Shown: one piece after another, positions 59,248 through 64,000 of the stretch | Layout: each line of letters begins with the position of its first letter | Position numbering within the stretch: position 1 is the stretch's first letter | NCBI GenBank assembly: GCA_040386315.1 | Contig: JAZKFS010000020.1 | Span: 4,620 to 68,619 of the forward strand | Length of the DNA: 64,000 nt | From: Bacteroidota bacterium | Lineage (GTDB): Bacteria > Bacteroidota > Ignavibacteria > Kapaibacteriales > DASPKH01 | Reading direction: 5' to 3' | Notes under the pieces: generated by a model | What the model was told of the DNA's origin: nothing | What the model saw: the letters and a program-made list of their open reading frames with translations, nothing else | Database searches by the model: none | Translations under genes and position numbers: made by a program

Positions 59248-60825
59248 ATGTCACAACTCGATAAAGAAATTTCACGCCGCCGGACTGTTGCTATCATCTC
59301 ACACCCGGATGCGGGGAAAACCACGCTCACGGAAAAGCTGCTTTTATATTCCGGCGCAATCCATACAGCCGGAAACGTAACAGGCGGAAAGCGCACCACA
59401 ACGACGTCTGACTGGATGGCTATTGAGCAGCAGCGCGGGATTTCGGTATCGTCGAGTGCAATGCGTGTGGAGTATGGCGATGTACTTTTAAATATCCTCG
59501 ATACGCCGGGTCACCAGGATTTTTCCGAGGATACATACCGAACACTGATGGCAGTGGACTGCGCGATAATGCTTCTGGACGCGGGGCGTGGTGTGCAGGA
59601 GCAGACCATTAAGCTTTTTAAAGTGTGCCGCGACCGTGGGATTCCGATTATCACGTTCATCAATAAAATGGACAGGCCGGCGCTTGACCCGTTCGAGCTG
59701 CTGGATAATGTTGAAAAAGTGCTGGGCATTACGGCTGTTCCGCTGACGTGGCCGGTGGGCGACGGGCCGCAGTTCCGCGGTGTGTACGAGCGTAGCGACA
59801 AACGTTTTCACCTGTTTGAAAAAACGACGGGCGGTATGTATAAAGCGCCAGTTTCGATCTCGGACATTAATGATGAATATATCAAAAATCTGCTTGGCGG
59901 AACGGCTCACGCAAAGCTACTTGAAGATTTGGAAATGATCGAGCACGTGCTCCCGCCATTTGATATGGAAGCGTTTTTAAAAGCGGAAATCACGCCGGTT
60001 TTCTGGGGAAGCGCGATTACGAATTTCGGCGTTGAAAGCTTTTTGCAGCATTTAATTGACCTTGCGCCACCGCCGCAGCCTTTAAATTCTTCCGCCGGAA
60101 AAATTGAACCGGAAAAGGATTTCTTTTCAGCATTTGTCTATAAAGTGCAGGCAAATATGAATAAATCGCACCGCGACAGGATTTCCTTTGTGCGAGTAAT
60201 CTCTGGCAGATTCGAGCGCGGCATGACGGTGAAGCACCCGCGTTCCGGCAAGGAAGTGAAATTGAATTACCCGTTCCAGCTATTCGGACAAGACCGTGAA
60301 ATCCTTGATGAAGCATTTCCCGGCGACGTAATGGGTTTGACGAATCCGGGATTATTCTCTGTTGGCGATGTAGTCACGAGCGGACAGGAATTTTCCATTC
60401 CGCATTTTCCGCGTTTCGCACCGGAGATTTTCGCGCGTGTATATCCGGCGAGCCATTCCTACAGCAAGTCTTTCCGTAAAGGGATTGAGCAGCTCGGCGA
60501 GGAAGGCGTTATCCAGATTTTTACCGATGCAGAAGGCAGCCCATCGCCGCTTGTCGCCGCCGTTGGTGAACTCCAGTTACAGGTTTTCACGTGGCGAATG
60601 GAAGCTGAATATAATGAGAAAGTGACGTTGGAAAGATTGCCATTTACGCGCACGCGCTGGCTGGGTTCTGATGTTCGCCCGGCCACGGCTACGACAATCG
60701 CTTATGACGAAAAAGGCCGCGCGGTTGCACTTTTTAAAAGCGACTGGGAAATGGCGTATGCAGTGGAACGCACTCCGGGATTGGTTTTACTTGAAACGCC
60801 GCAGCAGGAAGAAGTTGTAAAGTAG
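59248..60825 (+). CDS. prfC: peptide chain release factor 3
   Basis: RRTVAIISHPDAGKTTLTEKLL...DTPGHQDFSEDTYR... collinear with RF3. Confidence 0.9.
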   Translation: MSQLDKEISRRRTVAIISHPDAGKTTLTEKLLLYSGAIHTAGNVTGGKRTTTTSDWMAIEQQRGISVSSSAMRVEYGDVLLNILDTPGHQDFSEDTYRTLMAVDCAIMLLDAGRGVQEQTIKLFKVCRDRGIPIITFINKMDRPALDPFELLDNVEKVLGITAVPLTWPVGDGPQFRGVYERSDKRFHLFEKTTGGMYKAPVSISDINDEYIKNLLGGTAHAKLLEDLEMIEHVLPPFDMEAFLKAEITPVFWGSAITNFGVESFLQHLIDLAPPPQPLNSSAGKIEPEKDFFSAFVYKVQANMNKSHRDRISFVRVISGRFERGMTVKHPRSGKEVKLNYPFQLFGQDREILDEAFPGDVMGLTNPGLFSVGDVVTSGQEFSIPHFPRFAPEIFARVYPASHSYSKSFRKGIEQLGEEGVIQIFTDAEGSPSPLVAAVGELQLQVFTWRMEAEYNEKVTLERLPFTRTRWLGSDVRPATATTIAYDEKGRAVALFKSDWEMAYAVERTPGLVLLETPQQEEVVK

Positions 60826-60877
60826 TTTTGAGTGGTAAGTGTTTAGTTTTAAATTTTGTTTAAATATGTTTTTAAAA

Positions 60878-61762
60878 CTATTCTTTCTCAAAAAAGTAAT
60901 CGGTTTTGCTCGGTAATTGGCGGCTTTTAAAACCAAATTTTTTCATGTACTCCAGGATTTGCGGCTTCTCTGTCTGATCATGAAGTATTTCACATACGAT
61001 CCGCATTCGCTTATTCTCTGCCAGCAGGTTTTTCATTCCTTTTAAAACTTCAAGTTCGTGGCCTTCCACATCAATTTTTATCAGGTCAATTTCACCCGTC
61101 GCGACATTATTTTCTTTTAAAAATTCATCAATTGAGATCGTTGGAATGGTAAGTGTCTGAGCGCTCTTCGTACTATCGGAAACAATTTTTGACATGCTCG
61201 AATTTGTCGCCGATATTTCAAATGTCATCTCTCCTTTGGCCGATGAAACTCCTTTATTGACCGCAACAACTTTATCGGACATCGCATTCAGCGCAATATT
61301 CTGTGTCAGATATGTATACGGTTCGGGCGTTGGCTCAAAAGCATACGCCTTTTGTGCGGTTTTTCCGGCAACAATGCTCCACTTACCGATATGCGCGCCA
61401 ATATCCAGGAAAACTCCCCGGCAGCTTTTAAAAATCTCCGCCAAACCCTCTTCGTGCATCGGATTTATGCTGTAATCATAATCTGAATGCGACTTTATTT
61501 TCCATTTTCCCAGGTTATTTTGGAGGATGTAATCTTCTTTAAAAAGATACGGAAGTGGAAGTTTGGTTTTAAAAGTTTTATTGATGAGCAGGACAGGGAT
61601 TTTTACAAACTTCTCCAGCGCATATTTAATTTTAAAAGGCAGCGGAGCGTTGATCTCTTTAAAAATATAGGTAAGATAATCCGGCAGGTTCATAGACGAA
61701 GTTTTTTTTAAGCACAAAGAATTAATTCGGAGCAAAGTTAACCATAAAAATTCAACACTCAA
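60878..61762 (-). CDS. FkbM-family methyltransferase
   Basis: FLDIGAHIGKWS...IDLIKIDVEGHELEVLKG. Confidence 0.75.
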   Translation of the reverse strand: MSVEFLWLTLLRINSLCLKKTSSMNLPDYLTYIFKEINAPLPFKIKYALEKFVKIPVLLINKTFKTKLPLPYLFKEDYILQNNLGKWKIKSHSDYDYSINPMHEEGLAEIFKSCRGVFLDIGAHIGKWSIVAGKTAQKAYAFEPTPEPYTYLTQNIALNAMSDKVVAVNKGVSSAKGEMTFEISATNSSMSKIVSDSTKSAQTLTIPTISIDEFLKENNVATGEIDLIKIDVEGHELEVLKGMKNLLAENKRMRIVCEILHDQTEKPQILEYMKKFGFKSRQLPSKTDYFFEKE

Positions 61763-61778
61763 AACTCACCATTCAAAA

Positions 61779-62735
61779 CTACTCCCACGTATAGCCGATC
61801 ATCAGCCGGAGTCCTGCGAAATACTGCCGCCAGTTTGCATCTTTTAAAATTGATGTCTGCGGGAGAATTGCACACACCTCAGCGCTTGCAGTAACAGGCC
61901 CAAGTGTACCGCCCCAGCCGATGGCAACATCATAGGCATACCGAAAGCTATTGAGTTCGCTTAGGCGAACATCATTCATGAGTTGCACGGTATCTCTATC
62001 ATTGGCATAGCGCAGTTCGTCTTTTGCGTTAGCGATCTGTACATATTGTGTTGTGCTGCTGTACAGAGCGTAGTATCCCGTCACTCCGCCATAAAGATAA
62101 TAATATGAGGCCAGCCCGCCAAACTCTGTCGCGCTCAGGAATGCTCCATAAATGGGAAGCGTAAATCCGGCTGAACCTTTTAAAAGATATTCATTCATGG
62201 CAATAACGCTAACTTCCTTCAAAGGCTGCCGGTGGCCTGCAAGGTCAAGATATTCGCGCGATTCGTCATTTGAAAACAGCATGGAATTGTTATGATCAAA
62301 TCCTGCGCCCAAACGGATAATACCCGGAAATGGGAGGTAACGCTGATATGCCAAACCGTAGTGTATTGTTTCGTGTTCAGGAAATTCATCATTCCGTTCT
62401 TTGCTGCCGGGTTCTATAAATTCCCGCTGCTCATCGCTTGTAAATGCATCAAAATTTGTGAACGGATATTTTGTATTTTTAAAGCTTTTCGAGCGGATAT
62501 CATGCGCCCGCTCTATGTAAAAATTAGGCCAGGCCGAACTGCCTCCTGCATAGAATATCGTCTGCCCCGGGCTTGGCGTTGGGAACCAACCTTTTGAATA
62601 ATGCCCGATCAGGTCGCTTTCAAATTCAAAATTTTCAGGATACAAGCCCTCTTCGTCTGTTGTGTCCTGCGCTTTTAAAAACGTCGTAGCGGCAAATATC
62701 AGCAGAATTATTTTTAAAACGCTTTTAAAAATCAT
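61779..62735 (-). CDS. secreted/outer-membrane hypothetical protein
   Basis: signal peptide MIFKSVLKIILLIFAATTFLKAQ (start at internal Met; ORF track extends to 62798); ends ...MIGYTWE. Confidence 0.5.
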   Translation of the reverse strand: MIFKSVLKIILLIFAATTFLKAQDTTDEEGLYPENFEFESDLIGHYSKGWFPTPSPGQTIFYAGGSSAWPNFYIERAHDIRSKSFKNTKYPFTNFDAFTSDEQREFIEPGSKERNDEFPEHETIHYGLAYQRYLPFPGIIRLGAGFDHNNSMLFSNDESREYLDLAGHRQPLKEVSVIAMNEYLLKGSAGFTLPIYGAFLSATEFGGLASYYYLYGGVTGYYALYSSTTQYVQIANAKDELRYANDRDTVQLMNDVRLSELNSFRYAYDVAIGWGGTLGPVTASAEVCAILPQTSILKDANWRQYFAGLRLMIGYTWE

Positions 62736-62737
62736 CT

Positions 62738-63421
62738 TCACGGGATCACCATCATCTGTTGAAGCGCTTCGCCGGAATTCGTGAAGAGCCGCACCCAATA
62801 CACACCCGCCGCAAAATTCACATCCGGAATAATTGAAAATGTATGAATCGTTGCTGTCTGCTCGCCAAGGTCTTTTAAAAGAATTTCTTTTCCCAAAAGC
62901 GTATAAAAACCAAACGTAACATTTGACGTTTTATCAAGCCGGTACGCCCACGTAATTTCCTGCCCGCGCGATGCCGGATTTGGAAAACCCTCTATCAATG
63001 TTGCGGGGCGAATGTATGGTAGTGGCGCACCAATTGATTCCGTGATAATTATTCCTTTAAAATCGCTCACCGCAATTCCGTCGATCGTCACATTTTTAAA
63101 AGAAATCTCACACACGGAATCCGAACCCGCAAGCGCTTCCCCTTTTAAAAATATCGTGTCGCGTGCCGAAAAACTGAACGAATAGACAGAATCATTTTCC
63201 CTTTTTAAAACAACAGAATCTGCTTTTAAAAACTCTTCGGGATAAAAAACCGTTGGATTGCTGAGCAAAAACTGTCCGGAAATTTTCACAATTTCCTCGT
63301 CAGGTTTATCAACGATCAGGCGCAATTCCACCTTCTCGCCAACGATCCCGTGCGCCGTATCAGACTGCGCGAATGCAAAAGTTTTTAAAAGGAAAAAACT
63401 AAAAAGTATTATTTTTTTCAT
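62738..63421 (-). CDS. T9SS C-terminal-sorting-domain secreted protein
   Basis: signal peptide MKKIILFSFFLLKTFAFAQ; C-terminal ...FGFYTLLGKEILLKDLGEQ...GVYWVRLFTNSG. Confidence 0.7.
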   Translation of the reverse strand: MKKIILFSFFLLKTFAFAQSDTAHGIVGEKVELRLIVDKPDEEIVKISGQFLLSNPTVFYPEEFLKADSVVLKRENDSVYSFSFSARDTIFLKGEALAGSDSVCEISFKNVTIDGIAVSDFKGIIITESIGAPLPYIRPATLIEGFPNPASRGQEITWAYRLDKTSNVTFGFYTLLGKEILLKDLGEQTATIHTFSIIPDVNFAAGVYWVRLFTNSGEALQQMMVIP

Positions 63422-63423
63422 GC

Positions 63424-64000
63424 TTATTTATCTGTAATAATAAATTCCGTGCGCCTGTTTTTCCGGCGATTTTCTTCCGTATCATTTTTTGCAACAGGGC
63501 TGTTTTCACCAAAACCTTTTGACTTCAGTCGCGACTTGGCAATTCCCATTTTTAAAAGCGCGTTCATCACCGATTCGGCGCGATCTTCGGAAAGTTTCAT
63601 ATTTGATTCTGCACTTCCCTCATTATCCGTATGTCCGCGAACTTCAATTTTCAACGAAGAATAATTTTTTAAGACATCTGCAATTTCCTGAATTCGTGGT
63701 TGCGATTGAGCTTTAATTTCCGCGCTTCCCGATTCAAATTCAATATTCACCAGCGCAATGCTTCCCGTTTCGTCAAACTTTGAAAAAACCGAGCGGTCGT
63801 ACTCGCCCGATGCTTTTAAAACGTCGCCCAGCTCGGGGATTTTTAAAATCACATTTGCCGTATGGAGCGCCTCGCATTGCGGCGGCGTATAGGTTATTTT
63901 ATAATAATTATTCAGCGAACGGTAAATATCAGCGAAAACGTACGGAAATTCCTTGTTGGAATAGATCCTGTAAAACCGCCCGCCGGAATATTGCGAAAGG
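63424..64000 (-). CDS. OmpA-family protein, C-terminal part (gene continues past the window end)
   Basis: OmpA-like domain IEVRGHTDNEGSAESNMKLSEDRAESV...; the reading frame stays open from 63852 to 64000 by hand translation, so the 142-aa ORF in the track is a truncation. Confidence 0.7.
   Translation of the reverse strand, partial: LSQYSGGRFYRIYSNKEFPYVFADIYRSLNNYYKITYTPPQCEALHTANVILKIPELGDVLKASGEYDRSVFSKFDETGSIALVNIEFESGSAEIKAQSQPRIQEIADVLKNYSSLKIEVRGHTDNEGSAESNMKLSEDRAESVMNALLKMGIAKSRLKSKGFGENSPVAKNDTEENRRKNRRTEFIITDK

Noticed and set aside
63424-63852. 142-aa ORF called as a stand-alone OmpA-domain protein
   Set aside because: Hand translation shows the frame stays open from 63852 to the window edge (…YRIYSNKEFPYVFADIYRSLNNYYKITYTPPQCEALHTANVILKIPELG…). 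The ORF is an artefact of starting at the first in-window GTG; the real gene continues beyond 64000.
1-64000. Looked for CRISPR arrays, integrase/transposase, toxin-antitoxin pairs, restriction-modification genes and phage structural genes
   Set aside because: No regularly spaced direct repeats with unique spacers, and none of the listed gene classes were recognisable. The only repeats are the palindromic/MITE-like elements and the TTTTAAAA octamer.

Overview
The window looks like a chromosomal segment from an FCB-group bacterium (Bacteroidota/Ignavibacteriota-like). Supporting this: at least seven proteins end in recognisable T9SS C-terminal sorting domains, there are Bacteroidetes-type Zn-metalloprotease, AsmA and OmpA/TolB-like proteins, and ribosome-binding sites are weak. 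GC content looks moderate by eye.

Gene content by region:
- 1750-7020: LPS/glycan operon (SAM-methyltransferase, GT4, GT9, a beta-barrel outer-membrane protein, GT2).
- 7203-9614: a large Fe-S/FAD oxidoreductase.
- 9658-23847: five consecutive T9SS cargo genes, including a ~2300-aa Pmp-like beta-helix giant. They sit next to a TPR protein and a tRNA-Arg(CCG).
- 24994-29868: branched-chain/2-oxoacid catabolism and housekeeping (fused E1 alpha/beta, ilvE, gatB).
- 30168-45382: two sensor kinases, a split IcmF-type acyl-CoA mutase (B12+MeaB fusion, with a separate catalytic subunit), a CoA-transferase, a Crp/Fnr regulator, a VOC protein.
- 45606-63852: DUF899, AsmA, an OmpA/TolB-like protein, lipocalin, RidA, YtxJ, a DUF5117-type metalloprotease, prfC, an FkbM methyltransferase and more T9SS/OmpA proteins.

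I found no CRISPR array, integrase, transposase, restriction enzyme or phage genes.

The most striking feature is the palindromic octamer TTTTAAAA. It occurs at roughly 3-5 copies per kb, on the order of two hundred in the window, against about 1-2 expected. It is found in intergenic DNA, in terminator stems and in coding sequence as (F/L)K codon pairs. This is analogous to the cyanobacterial HIP1 highly iterated palindrome. The octamer is completely absent from the three largest T9SS cargo genes (~12 kb). Those genes also have a distinct codon style, which suggests a compositional island. Other repeats are a MITE-like element with perfect 30-bp terminal inverted repeats (TIRs) and a related 79-bp palindromic element 43 kb away.
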